DNA of 63,522 bases, filler included, from Octopus bimaculoides (GCF_001194135.2; 3 parts of 3 records of this genome joined end to end with filler, not necessarily neighbours in it); one strand, 5' to 3'; positions 14,413-27,000 are shown, counted from the whole stretch's first letter. Translations and numbers: made by a program. Notes: generated from the letters alone by a model not told the origin.

Positions 14413-15574
14413 CAGAGAGAGAGAGAGGAGGGGAGATATATGTGTGTGTGTGTGTGTGTGTATGTATCTCTCACTCATATATAAATTAATGTCTGTATAC
14501 ACGACGGTCGTCTTTCTGTTCCCGTCCACGAGGTTTTGGTCGACTCGGGGCCACGGTAGAAGATATTTGCTCAAAGAGCCGCACAATGGGACTCAACTGA
14601 AGACAACAAATTTGCCGAACCTCATTATATTGCCTAGAAAAACTTGCACCCCCCTCCTTATTAAAATCACGTTTATACAACCCGTCTCTATAACAGACAT
14701 CTCGATAGAATATCTCTGCAACATATCGATACATCTATCATTCGGAACTATATTATTAACAAACAACTCCAGTTTGGATCATTCGTCTGACACTGGAGTT
14801 CCATTATAATTCTTTATTGAACATTTGTAATTCAACACATTCCAATTATTTTATTGATAAAAATCTTCCGACTCTTTCTGATGTTATCAATTGTGAATTC
14901 GTAAAAAGTAAAAATAATGAATAAATAAAATTAAAAACCAACAACATTTTCCGTTGAAATCCAAATAAAATCATGAAATCATTTCCGGTTTTGAGTTATT
15001 TTGTTGATAAAACAACAATTTAGGAAATTGAGAATTTATAGTCCCAGGTTTCCGTTTTAATACAATTACCATATATATNNNNNNNNNNNNNNNNNNNNNN
15101 NNNNNNNNNNNNNNNNNNNNNNNNNNNNNNNNNNNNNNNNNNNNNNNNNNNNNNNNNNNNNNNNNNNNNNNNNNNNNNNNNNNNNNNNNNNNNNNNNNNN
15201 NNNNNNNNNNNNNNNNNNNNNNNNNNNNNNNNNNNNNNNNNNNNNNGTGGATACGTATATATATATATGATTGTATGTGTGTGAGAGTGTGTGTGTGTGT
15301 GTGTGTGCGTGAGTATATATATACGTATCCACCACACCTTGCACATACAAATGTATAATACAGATATATATTATATATATATATATATACACATATATCT
15401 GTATATGTATATATAATCATACATATATGTTTGTGTGTATGTGTGTATATTTTATATTGTATATACACAAACTTGCGTTAATGCGTAGGTTCATGGACCC
15501 AATAAAGTAAAGAGCTATTGTTGTTGTTATCATTATTATTATTATTATTATTATTGTCATTATTATTATTATTT

Positions 15575-16015
15575 AAGGCGGTGAGCTGGCAGAAGCGTTA
15601 GTAACGCCGGGCGAGATGCTCAGCGGTATTTCGTCTGTCGCTACGTTCTGAGTTCAAATTCCACCGGGGTCGACTTTACCTTTCATCCTTTCAGGGTCGA
15701 TAAATTAAGTACCAGTTAAGTGCTGGGGTTGTTGTGATCGATTTTCTTCCCTCTCCACAAAAATCCAGGCCTTGTGCCTATAGTAGAAAGGATTTAGGGC
15801 GGCGAACTGGCAGAATCGTTACCATTCCGGATAAAATGCTTATCGGCGTTTCGTCCGTCTTTACGTTCTGAGTTCACATTGCGGCGGGGTCGAATGTGCT
15901 TGCCATCCTTTTGGAGTCGATAAAATAAGTATCTGTTGCAGACGGGATCGATGTAATCGATATTCTCCCTTGACGCAAACTGTGAGGCCTGGTGCTGCCT
16001 ATTGGAGAAGCGATT
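15575..16015 (+). mobile_element. Head-to-tail dimer of SINE family C following (ATT)n
   Basis: Copy 1 (15575-15795) and copy 2 (15796-16015) share GGCGGTGAGCTGGCAGAA..GTTCTGAGTTCA..GTCGAC..TCATCCTTT..GTCGATAAA..GGCCTTGTGCCTA. Confidence 0.9.
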
Positions 16016-16282
16016 TTTATTCTCAACATTCGAAAGGCATCGATGAAAATGTCACGAAACACGGAACTGGTACCTCAAGAGCCAAACAGCATATATTATG
16101 ATAATTATATATATTATGATAATGAGGGCAGTTTTACGAAGAGGTAAAGAATGTCTGAAGAAGAAACACAGAAAGTAAAAAGAAAATCAAAGAAATATAT
16201 AAAAAAAATAAACAAAGGAAAAAATAATAATAAATGAGATAATAAAAGAAAAGAAATGGTAATATTGTGTATGCGCGAGAAA

Positions 16283-16321
<39 letters not shown>

Positions 16322-16548
16322 TATGTGTGTGTGGCGTGCATATATAATATATATATACAGACACATACATATATGTATGTATATATATATATGTATATTC
16401 ATACATACATATACATAGCTGTACACACACANNNNNNNNNNNNNNNNNNNNNNNNNNNNNNNNNNNNNNNNNNNNNNNNNNNNNNNNNNNNNNNNNNNNN
16501 NNNNNNNNNNNNNNNNNNNNNNNNNNNNNNNCATACATACATACACAC

Positions 16549-16581
<33 letters not shown>

Positions 16582-17056
16582 AGAGTATATTATATATATA
16601 TTATACGCACATACATACATTATATATATAGTTGGAATTTACAAAAAAACAAAAGACAAAGACAGGTGAATAATCAAGAGGTGTATTAGTTTAACGCTCG
16701 GGAAGTGAGAATGTCTTATACAAACACACACACACAGACATATATGTACATACATACATACACACATACATACATACACACATACATACATACATACATA
16801 CATATATTTATTACCGTGGCTGTCTGGAAAGAAGCTTGCTTCTCAACTACATGGCCCCGGGTTCGGTCCCAGTGTGTAGCACCGTAGCTAGGTGTCTTTT
16901 GCCAAAGTTACATGAAAGTTAACACACCAATACCGGTTGTCAAGCGGCGTGTTTGTGCGGGGGAGGAGGGGGGAATGGCAAGCACAAACAAACGCACGCG
17001 CATTCGGTAGACAGAAACTGAGAGAAACCCGTAGTATGTTTGTGTATGTATGTATA

Positions 17057-17103
<47 letters not shown>

Positions 17104-17203
17104 NNNNNNNNNNNNNNNNNNNNNNNNNNNNNNNNNNNNNNNNNNNNTTAATTAATTAANNNNNNNNNNNNNNNNNNNNNNNNNNNNNNNNNNNNNNNNN
17201 NNN
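17104..17203. other. Artificial 100-bp assembly linker N44-TTAATTAATTAA-N44; second copy at 47516-47615
   Basis: Identical geometry at both sites. TTAATTAATTAA places stop codons in all six frames. Confidence 0.95.
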
Positions 17204-17622
17204 TACCCCCCCTGCCACTACCACTACCCTGGCACTATTGCGATTTTCTCATCTCAACTGCTATGATTTCTTCAATTAAGACGCAATTAGTTTAGCAGAT
17301 ATTTATTTATCACTCGTTTGGAATGTTAATTAAATAGACATTGTCTTCAACACCATTTTTAAGACCAATATTTACACTAATTAACAATTATTTTCTAATT
17401 AGGATCTTGTTTTCTTTGTAAATGAAGATTGCTAAAACAGTCTTATTTTCCTCGTGTGCTTGCTGCTACTCTGAGTTGAGGGAAAATAATGCCACTACAG
17501 TATTCGTTCCAATTCGTTATATTCTGAGTTCAAGTCCCATCAAGGTCAATGCTGATATTTGCCCTTCTGGTGTTGATAAAATAAAGTTACAGTTATGTAC
17601 AGGGGTAGATATACCAGGCTTG

Positions 17623-18249
17623 TGAAGGTGCATGCCTCAGTGGTTAGAGTGTCAGGCTCACAATCATGAGGCAGTAAGTTCAATTCCCGGACTGGTCTGT
17701 ACATTGTGTTCTTGAGCAAGACACTTTACTTCACGTTGCTCCAGTTCACTCAGCTGTAGAAATGAGTTGCGACATCATTGGTGCCAAGCTGTATTGGCCC
17801 CTTTGCCTTTCCCTTGGATAACATCGGTGGCATGGAGAGGGGAGGCTGGCATGCAGGGGTGACTGCTGGTCTTCCATAAAACAAACTTGCCTGGACTTAT
17901 ACTGCAGAGGGGAGCTTTCTAGGTGCAATCTCATGGTCATTCATGACCAAAGGAGGTCTTTGTGAGTTCAATTCCTGGATCAGGCTGTGTTGTGTTCTTG
18001 AGCAAGACACTTTACTTCACATTGCTCCAGTTCACTCACCTGTAGAAATGAATTGCGACGTCACTGGTGCCAAGCTGTATCAGCCCCTTCGCCTTTCCCT
18101 TGGGTAACATGGGTGTCATGGAGAGGAGAGGTTGGTATGCATGGGCGACCGCTGGTCTTCCATGAACAGCCTTGTCCGGACTTGTGCCTCGGAGACAAAC
18201 TTTCTAGGTTCAATCCCATGGTCATTTATGACCAAGGGGTGTCTTTTAT
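17623..18249 (+). mobile_element. Head-to-tail dimer of tRNA-derived SINE family B
   Basis: Copy 1 (17623-17961) GAAGGTGCATGCCTCAGTGGTTAGAG..GTTCAATTCCCGG..TTGAGCAAGACACTTTAC..CATGACCAAAGG. Copy 2 (17962-18249) begins at the B box. Confidence 0.9.
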
Positions 18250-18254
18250 ATGAG

Positions 18255-18428
18255 TCTAGGACATTTACCCCCTCCCCATGGACAATTATCCCTGAGGACA
18301 ACAGATGATTTAAAACTTCTTAATATATTGGAGAGAGGCTAATTAACCAGGGAGGGGGTAATTGTCCTAGTGGGTAGTTGTCGGGGGGGAATTGTCCTAT
18401 GGGGTTGGGGGTGGAATTGTCCTGATAC
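18255..18428. mobile_element. Small non-autonomous DNA-transposon-like relic with inverted GGACAATT subterminal repeats
   Basis: Three GGACA(A/T)T..CCC motifs on the left and four GGG..AATTGTCC-like motifs on the right. Confidence 0.55.
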
Positions 18429-18653
18429 GCTTTGATATATAACTAGGCTCAGCCTGAGCCCCAAATCTCTGACCTGATGCCTATGTTGAAAACAAACTTG
18501 ATCATGATGTTTGAAACAGTCTTATGCAAGATTTTATTGTACCACCAAGTGCACTTCCATATTCCTGTTTGTGTGTGTGTATGTGCACACGTGTGTGCAC
18601 ATGTGCAGCACTGTCTTTAGGGAGTGTATAATGTATGCTGCATTGTTTTGTTG

Positions 18654-18691
<38 letters not shown>

Positions 18692-18721
18692 ACGGGGGTG
18701 TTACCCTTATATCTCTATCAA

Positions 18722-19175
18722 CTTTCTCATCATTTTTAACATCACCATCATCACCACAAACATCATTATCATCATCACCCCACCACTAGCAAACATCATC
18801 ATCATCATCATCATCCTTACTTCCATCATCATTGCAATCATCACAATCATCAACGCTATCATGAATATCAGCATCATCAACACTTTACTCTTACNNNNNN
18901 NNNNTACTTCCATCATCATTGCAATCATCACAATCATCAACGCTATCATGAATATCAGCATCATCAACACTTTACTCTTACTTGTTTCAGTCATTTGACT
19001 GTGGCCATGCTGGAGCACCACCTTTAGTCGAGCAAATCGAACCCAGGACTTATTCTTTGTAAGCCTAATACTTACTATCAGTCTCTTTTGCCGAACCGCT
19101 AAGTGACGGTGACATAAGCACACCAGCATCGGTTGTCAAGTGATGTTGGGGGGGGGGACAAACACAGACACACAT

Positions 19176-19216
<41 letters not shown>

Positions 19217-19760
19217 TACGACGGGCTTCTTTCAGTTTCCATCTACTAAATCCACTCACAAGGCTTTGGTCAGCCCAACGCTATAGCAGAAGACCCTTGC
19301 CCAAGGTGCCATGCAGTGGGATTGAACCCGGAACCATGTGGTTGGTAAACAAGCTACTTACCACACAGCCACTCCTGCGCCTGGAATCATTATTACCAAC
19401 ATCATTATCATCATCACAATCATCGTCATCACACATCACCACAAACATTATTATCAAGAATACCACCACCACCACCATCATCAATACTATTATCACCATC
19501 GTCCTCATAAATATCCCTACCACCACAATCATCAACACAAATATCACCATCGTCACCACCACCCCCACCAGCATCATCATGATCAACAAAATCATTGCCG
19601 AGAACATCATCACAATCACCATCATCATCATTATGAATATCACCACCACCACCACTACCACACCATCATCATCATCATCATCATCATCATGAATATCAGC
19701 AGAATCATTGTTGAGACCATCACCATCATCATCACCACCACAATCATCATCACCATCAGT
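18722..19760. repeat. Degenerate (CAT/CAC)n tract split by the SINE-A at 18971-19382
   Basis: Direct reading. Confidence 0.92.
18971..19382 (-). mobile_element. Full-length tRNA-derived SINE, family A
   Basis: Head GGCGCAGGAGTGGCTGTGTGGTAAG..GGGTTCAATCCC with A/B-box-like motifs, internal (TA/TG)n, tail ..CATGGCCACAGTCAAATGACTGAAACAAGTAAGAG. Near-identical copies occur elsewhere in the window. Confidence 0.92.
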
Positions 19761-20807
19761 TAGGGTGTGAAATCATTTCTGATGTTTGACTGTATTTTAT
19801 ACACAGAAAAAACAACAACAAACAAAGAACAAACAACAACAACAACAGGAATGTACATTGAATGTGAAGAAAAATGTAAGAAGAATTTTTGTCAAATTGC
19901 AACACATTCCAAGTAAATGGAATCCATTTTGATGAGTGGAACCATTTTCTTCAGATTCTCCTGACTTAAAAAAAAACAAAAAAAAAACAAAAAAATCAAG
20001 GTAAAGAGGAATTCGGTTTTACAAGGGAAGTGGGTGGGTGGGTTTGCTGCTGTTGTTGTTGTTGTTTGGTTTGAACCTAACTAATGGTGGTTAGAAAGAT
20101 TTATTGATTGTTTCTATTTAACGTGTTGTTTGTCTGTGGAAACGGAAAGGAGAAGAAAAGGACAAAAATAAAAAAGCGAAAAAAAAAAGAAAAGAAAGAG
20201 GGGGAAATGGAAAAAAAAGAGAAAGAAATGGTAAAACAAAAGAATATTTACAGAACCGTCTCTCTCTCTCATTATATTTCCAAGATAAAGAATATTAGAA
20301 ATGGTTTAATATAGCAATGGAACTGTTTTTTGGTACCTCAACATTCTGACTTCAATTGGTTTTTGTGATTGAGTCATTGTGTACCAGTAATATTTTGAGG
20401 GAAACCACACAAGTCCTATGTAGTTGCCTCATATATAACTGACCCCCGACAAGGTCATTATATGCCAGTAATATCTTGAGGGAGTCCACTCTGAGCCCTG
20501 CCCATCTATCTCTGCCTCTATATCCAAGTTGACCTTTGACAAAAACCAATGTACATACCAGTAATATCTTGAGAAAAGATCATACTCACCCCCTCAAATC
20601 TCTACCCAACATAAAACAACCAGTGGCAAAAGTCAACTCTAATTTTCCAACATGGAATACTGATATTAACATGAAGTGAAAAGCATGCTGCTATGTGGTC
20701 GATTAACATGCTAGAAATAGCAGCCAAATCATTCTCAAGTTATACTCCACCATTTTCATTTTTAAAAGGACATTAGATTAGATAATGTGGTTCTGTGTTC
20801 TCTGCAT

Positions 20808-20955
20808 CATCATCATCATCATCATCGTTTAACGTCCGCTTTCCATGCTAGCATGGGTTGGACGATTTGACTGAGGACTGGCAAGCCAGAAGGCTGCACC
20901 ATGCTCCAATCTGATCTGGCAGAGTTTCTACAGCTGGATGCCCTTCCTAACGCCA
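20808..20955 (-). mobile_element. 3' end of family D element with (GAT)n tail
   Basis: (CAT)n-CGTTTAACGTCCGCTTTCCATGCTAGCATGGGTTGGACG..GGATGCCCTTCCTAACGCCA. Confidence 0.88.
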
Positions 20956-22303
20956 AAGGCTGGCTATGGGGCTTGAACTCATGTCTCTTTTGTAAGCATG
21001 ATAGTTGTTCTACCTTCTACCAGTGGACCAAAGCAAATCTTTGAATTTCTCTTTCTATTTTAGAAGCTATATTCATACAAGTGAGAATTGTATGTTGTTG
21101 ACGCCATAAGATAGAGAAACTCAAAGAATTACTTAGATCTAATGGTAGAACAGCTGTCATGTCTACAGGAGATGTGGATTCAAATCCTTTGGGCAGCCTT
21201 CAACATTTTCTATCCAAAAGGGGTTTTCAATTCAATAGTTACATGCTATTTATAGCTTCATGTGTTTTGAGATCCACTGCTCCCACCCCCCACCAAAATA
21301 AAAAAAGAATTATTTCACATTTTCTCAAAAGTTTATGAATTATTATGACGTCAACAATAATGTTTGTATTTTTTTCTTTTATGAGCTACTCACTCCACTT
21401 GTGAAACAGCCAGCTGGCCAATGTCCAGCTGACATTTAGAATATTTCCATGCCAATGGGTCGGGAGGGGGGGACCACGAAGTACTGCATCAGGAGGTCTG
21501 CTTTTTTAAAGAATGAGATTCTGTTAAAAGGTGCCTCAAAGACCAGGCAGTTAAACAAAGCCGTATGTATGGCCACAACCCCCACCACTCTGCTCCCATC
21601 TCTAACCATCCCTCACTCTCCCAGATTCTCTTCTATTCAGCTTCTTGTGCCTTGACACCAAATCGACGTCTCATGACTATCAACATTATGTCTCTTTCAT
21701 CCCACCCCTCCCCAGTTACTAAAACCCCCCACTCATACAATACAAACGAGCCACGTATCTCCTCTACAGCAACAAACCTGTTTCTGTCCTTTCTTTCATA
21801 CTTTAACCTCTCAAAACAAAGCAGAAAGTTGTCTCCCCTTCTTTTATATTCCTTCTCTGTTGAGGAAGCTCTTTAGTGTTGCCCATTACATGGTGACTTC
21901 ACCAGTGATGGTGCAATGAAAAAAGGGAAAGCAACCAGTACACTCTATAATGAGGTTGGCATTAGGAAGGACATCCGTCTATAGAAACCATACCAGAGCA
22001 GGTACTGGAGCACAAAGCAGTTCTTGGACTCAAGGGAACCTGTTGGACTGTCCAACCCATACCAGCATGGAAGATGGACAATAAATAATGATGATGATGA
22101 TGGCCATGTGTGTGTGTGTGTGGATGCTTTGCAAGTAGAATTGTTACATGGCAATTGTAAGAAAATCTGTTGTGAGTGTGCATACGTATGTATTTTATAC
22201 ACACATATGTCCAAATTTGACCAAATGCATTTTTTTTTCAATATTTATATATTTGATGTGTCTAATTCATCTGCTTATATGACAGTTTAACGTAACAGCA
22301 ATG

Positions 22304-22335
<32 letters not shown>

Positions 22336-22526
22336 GTGTGGTGTGTGTACATGAGCAGTTGTATGATATATTTTAACTAAGCTTTAGTTTTCCTGATAGA
22401 ATTACAGGAACTCTGACCAGAATATAAAGAATTTCTCTGCTGAATCAGTGGTGAAGATGAAATTAGATTAAGATTTTATTTTGGTTAAATATTTATAGAA
22501 ACATTAGACTTACAGTTCCTTGACTC

Positions 22527-22563
<37 letters not shown>

Positions 22564-22629
22564 TGGGGTGATTTAGTGGTGTGATGGCCTAATGATTTAA
22601 TGGTCTGATGGTCACTGGAGACATAGAAG

Positions 22630-22720
22630 ATCAGATGAACAGTGATAGTGGAAGTCCAATATCTGGCTTGAGTGATGTCTGGAGTATGTTCTTTCTAAGG
22701 GACAAGCCCAAAGCTATTGC
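22630..22720 (-). mobile_element. Possible second small RLE-LINE fragment
   Basis: Minus strand reads RKNILQTSLKPDIGL. Nucleotides ACATCACTCAAGCCAGATAT resemble ACATCACTAAAGCCAGACAT at about 30767-30786. Confidence 0.35.
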
Positions 22721-22899
22721 TGTCATTGTGGTTACAATTGTCTTCAATAGAAGCACAAAGAATGACATTTGACGGGAAACACTGTCGATTAAATTGACCC
22801 TAAATTTGACTGGTACTTCATTTTATCAAACCCTCAAAGGATGAATGGCAGAGTTTTGTCTGGCATGCAAAAGATTCTGCTAGCTTGCCACTTTGATAA

Positions 22900-23050
22900 T
22901 AATAACCCTTTCTGATATAGGCACAAGGCCTGGAATGTTGGGGAAGGGGGATAGTTGATTACAGTGACCCCCAGTATTCAGCTGGCACTTTATTGACTGC
23001 AAATGAACGAAAGGTATAGTTGATTTAAGTGGTATTTGAACTCGGAAAAA
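22900..23050 (-). mobile_element. SINE-C fragment, with a smaller one at about 22790-22865
   Basis: ATAACCCTTTCTGATATAGGCACAAGGCCTGG..GGTATTTGAACTCGG. Confidence 0.75.
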
Positions 23051-23064
23051 TCCAGTAAGCCTTT

Positions 23065-23257
23065 TGACCACTGCTTGACAATAGTGTTTGTTCACATCCC
23101 CATAATTTAGTGATTTGGTAAAAGCGATTGATAGAAGTATCAGGCTTTAAAAAGACAAAAAGCAAAAAAGAAGTCCTGGGGCCAATTTGTTTGACTGAAC
23201 CCTTCAATGTGGTGCTCCAGCATGGCTTGCAGCCTGATGACTGGGACAAGTAAAAGA
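23065..23257 (+). mobile_element. SINE-A 3' half, diverged
   Basis: TGCTTGACAA..CCCCATAATTTAG..AAGTCCTGGGG..GGTGCTCCAGCATGG..GACAAGTAAAAG. Confidence 0.8.
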
Positions 23258-23429
23258 TAAAATGCACCAAGTGGTTGTCTGAGGCCTGTTCTAGTGGTCT
23301 AGTGGTCTTTATACTTATGGTACTTTGTTGGGAGTGACAATCAGTAAAAGAAAAAAATAAATAGAAAGACCGAAAAAAACCCCCCAAAAAAGCGGTAATG
23401 TCTGTCTTCAGTTTGGTATTGGCAAGACC

Positions 23430-23782
23430 TACTCTTTTACTCTTTTACTTGTTTCAGTCATTTGACTGCGGCCATGCTGGAGCACCGCCTTTAGTCGAGC
23501 AAATCGACCACAGGACTTATTCTTTGTAAGCCTAGTACTTATTCTATCGGTCTCTTTTTGCCGAACCGCTAGGTTACGGGGACGTAAACACACCAGCATC
23601 GGTTGTCAAGCGATGTTGGGGGGGACAAACACAGACACACAAACATATACACACACATACATATATATACGACGGGCTTCTTTCAGTTTCCGTCTACCAA
23701 ATCCACTCACAAGGCTTTGGTCGGCCCGAGGCTATAGTAGAAGACACTTGCCCAAGGTGCCACGCAGTGGGACTGAACCCGG
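23430..23782 (-). mobile_element. SINE-A, young copy with 5'-truncated head
   Basis: Very close to the copies at 18971 and 32951. Tail is (AAAAGAGT)2. Confidence 0.92.
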
Positions 23783-24264
23783 ATGTTATTGATAGGATTG
23801 TGGCACTAGTGACATTTACATGCAATACGCCACCATCTCCACCACTAACACCACTGCTACTGCTGCTGCCAAGACAATGATGAGAGAGAGAGAGAGAGAG
23901 ACTCCCCCCACCCCGATAGACTGTCAAACTAGTAAGACGGGTTACACAAGACAACGCAACTGCCAGGAATAAGCTGGAAACTAAACAAACATCTGTGTTT
24001 GTTTAGTTTTTTCTTCATTCATAAGAAATATTACCACTGGACGTCTGCTACGACAGCTGCGAGTCGGCAGCAGATGTTTGCTGGCGTTTGAACATGGCGT
24101 TCACTCCCTGGTCCCGATCACCTGTAACGAAAAGACGTTGACACTCCAGCTGTGACCATCCTTTATTGTTTTTTCAGATGTAGGTGTATCTAGGACTACA
24201 TTAGCAAATACACCACCACCGCTGCCACTGCCGCCACCACCCAGTTGAAGTTTTTTTTAAGATG

Positions 24265-24637
24265 ATAGGTGCATGTGTACTTGTGTGGTAAGAAGCTTGC
24301 TTCTCAACAGCATGGTCCTGGGTTCAGTCCCCCAAAGTGTGTCACCTTGGACAAATGTCTTCTAATCTAGCCTCGGGCTGACCAAAGCCTTGCGAGTGGA
24401 TTTGGTAGATGAAAACTAAAAGAAGCCCGTTATACATGTCTCTGTGTGCGCGCCCCTGACCACTGTTTGACAACTGGTGTTGGTGTGTTTACGTCCCCAT
24501 AATTTAGAAGTTCAGTAAAAGAGAACAAGTACCGGGTTAAAAAAAAAAAGTACTGGAACTGCTGATCCATTTTACGAAAATTCCTTCAAGGTGGTGCCCC
24601 AGCATGGTCACAGTTTAATGATAGAAACAAATAAAAG
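24265..24637 (+). mobile_element. Older full-length SINE-A variant
   Basis: Diverged head TGTGTGGTAAGAAGCTTGCTT..GGGTTCAGTCCC, body and tail GGTGCCCCAGCATGGTCACAG..GAAACAAATAAAAG. Confidence 0.85.
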
Positions 24638-24833
24638 AGAAAAGAAGATTTGAAGATGAGGTGATGTGGAGGAGATTTCGCTGCTATTTCTAGCAGGCTA
24701 CCTTGTTCCCTTATATCCACACCATATTTGGTAGCATGAAAGACACACAGACATGCAAGAGACATGGGAATATCAGGCACACCCCAATTTCAACAGTACA
24801 TATTCAGAAAAAAAAAAAAAGGTTTTATTCCCA

Positions 24834-25003
24834 TTAACTCGTTAGCATTTAAACTAGCCATATCCGGCCAAAATATTCCACCTATCCTATGCTGAAATTG
24901 GCCAGATCCAGCCTCTCACACCTACCCTACAATGTCAGTCCAAAAATAAACAAACACGTCAGTGAAATCCTGAAGTTACGCGATGATATGAAATTTAAAA
25001 CAA
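24834..25003 (+). mobile_element. Left part of a probable piggyBac-like MITE, truncated by a SINE-A head
   Basis: Starts TTAA-CTCGTTAGCATTTAAAC. I recall this as an abundant octopus TTAACCCTTTAGCATT element. No right TIR is visible here. Confidence 0.4.
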
Positions 25004-25004
25004 A

Positions 25005-25145
25005 GTGGTTGTGTGGTAAAAAGTTTGCTTCCCAATAATGTGGTTCTGGGTTCAGTCCCACTGTATGACACCTTGGGCAAGTGTCTTCTACCATAGCCTC
25101 AAGCTGACCAAAGCCTTATGAGTGGATTTGGTAGACAGAAACTGA
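25005..25145 (+). mobile_element. SINE-A 5' half, directly followed by a SINE-C at 25155-25290
   Basis: GTGGTTGTGTGGTAA..GGGTTCAGTCCCACTG..GGATTTGGTAGACAGAAACTGAA. Confidence 0.85.
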
Positions 25146-25154
25146 ATCCTAAGT

Positions 25155-25290
25155 CGGTGAGCTGGCAGAATCGGTAGCACGCCGGGCGAAATACTTATCA
25201 GTATTTCATCTGCCGCTACGTTCTGAGTTCAAATTTCGCCGAGGTTGACTTTGCCTTTCATCCTTTCGGGGTCGATAAATTAAGTACCAG
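25155..25290 (+). mobile_element. SINE-C, young copy running into a gap
   Basis: GGTGAGCTGGCAGAATCGGTAGCACGCCGGGCGAAA..CCTTTCATCCTTTCGGGGTCGATAAATTAAGTACCAG. Confidence 0.9.
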
Positions 25291-26576
25291 NNNNNNNNNN
25301 NNNNNNNNNNNNNNNNNNNNNNNNNNNNNNNNNNNNNNNNNNNNNNNNNNNNNNNNNNNNNNNNNNNNNNNNNNNNNNNNNNNNNNNNNNNNNNNNNNNN
25401 NNNNNNNNNNNNNNNNNNNNNNNNNNNNNNNNNNNNNNNNNNNNNNNNNNNNNNNNNNNNNNNNNNNNNNNNNNNNNNNNNNNNNNNNNNNNNNNNNNNN
25501 NNNNNNNNNNNNNNNNNNNNNNNNNNNNNNNNNNNNNNNNNNNNNNNNNNNNNNNNNNNNNNNNNNNNNNNNNNNNNNNNNNNNNNNNNNNNNNNNNNNN
25601 NNNNNNNNNNNNNNNNNNNNNNNNNNNNNNNNNNNNNNNNNNNNNNNNNNNNNNNNNNNNNNNNNNNNNNNNNNNNNNNNNNNNNNNNNNNNNNNNNNNN
25701 NNNNNNNNNNNNNNNNNNNNNNNNNNNNNNNNNNNNNNNNNNNNNNNNNNNNNNNNNNNNNNNNNNNNNNNNNNNNNNNNNNNNNNNNNNNNNNNNNNNN
25801 NNNNNNNNNNNNNNNNNNNNNNNNNNNNNNNNNNNNNNNNNNNNNNNNNNNNNNNNNNNNNNNNNNNNNNNNNNNNNNNNNNNNNNNNNNNNNNNNNNNN
25901 NNNNNNNNNNNNNNNNNNNNNNNNNNNNNNNNNNNNNNNNNNNNNNNNNNNNNNNNNNNNNNNNNNNNNNNNNNNNNNNNNNNNNNNNNNNNNNNNNNNN
26001 NNNNNNNNNNNNNNNNNNNNNNNNNNNNNNNNNNNNNNNNNNNNNNNNNNNNNNNNNNNNNNNNNNNNNNNNNNNNNNNNNNNNNNNNNNNNNNNNNNNN
26101 NNNNNNNNNNNNNNNNNNNNNNNNNNNNNNNNNNNNNNNNNNNNNNNNNNNNNNNNNNNNNNNNNNNNNNNNNNNNNNNNNNNNNNNNNNNNNNNNNNNN
26201 NNNNNNNNNNNNNNNTTAAACCAGGCTGTGGATCACAAAAAACCCATCTAACACTGTTTCTGTGACAGTTGCAGGAATGAAGGTCATGGCTGGAACACTT
26301 TTGATAATGTCTGCTGAAAAAAAAAAACTTGGGAGGGTTGTTATGCCAATAATACATGCATTGGTCCTATTTCACTTTGTTTTCTTTTGTCAACTGGTTA
26401 GCTGTTTAACCTAATAACTAATTGATTGATTGATTAAACATCTGGTCAATCAATCATCTGACCTCGTCTATGACAAGTTTCTGTTATTCCAGGGCTGATA
26501 CTGAACCAATGCATGTGTTTATTGTTTATTATTGATGCAATGGCCCTTCCAAGATAAACAAAGTATGCTTGAACAA

Positions 26577-27000
26577 CAGGCACAGGTGTGGCTATGAGGT
26601 ACAGGTATAGCTCTGCATGAAAAAATTTGTTTTCCAACCACACGGTCTTGAGTTCAGTCCCATCGTGTGGCACCTTGGAGGCTAGTATCTTCTACTCTAG
26701 CCCCAGGCTGATCAAAATGTTGCGAGTAGATTTATGAGACAGAAACTGAAAGAAGCCCATCATGTGTATGTGTGTGTGTGTGTGTGTTAGTGTCTCCTTG
26801 CCTTAACTTCATATGATAGTTGCAAATAAATGTCACTGCCAAGCAAGCAGTGTCCCTCCATGAAACATGTCTGGCTATGAAGAAATATTACTTTCCTTGG
26901 GAAACAGGCAAGGGTTGGTGACAGGAAGGGCATCCAATTGTGATAAAAAAAAAAATCCATCTCAGAAGATTCTGTTTGATCCATCCATGGAAACATGGAG
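26577..27000 (+). mobile_element. Composite SINE: A-type head, (TG)n, alternative 3' module (A/E)
   Basis: A-type head and body, then TGTCTCC..GGAAACAGG..GGTTGGTGACAGGAAGGGCATCC..CATCCATGGAAACATGG. Confidence 0.72.

Noticed and set aside
17148-17159. TTAATTAATTAA islands inside gaps (also 47560-47571)
   Set aside because: Identical N44-12-N44 geometry marks an artificial six-frame-stop scaffolding linker.
17623-17700. tRNA-like heads of SINE-A, SINE-B and the V-like family as tRNA genes
   Set aside because: A/B boxes are present but there is no acceptor stem or cloverleaf end, and they continue into SINE bodies.
19338-19763. His-rich ORF starting MVGKQATYHTATP (same start at 33309)
   Set aside because: It begins in the antisense SINE-A head and runs into the (CAT/CAC)n tract.
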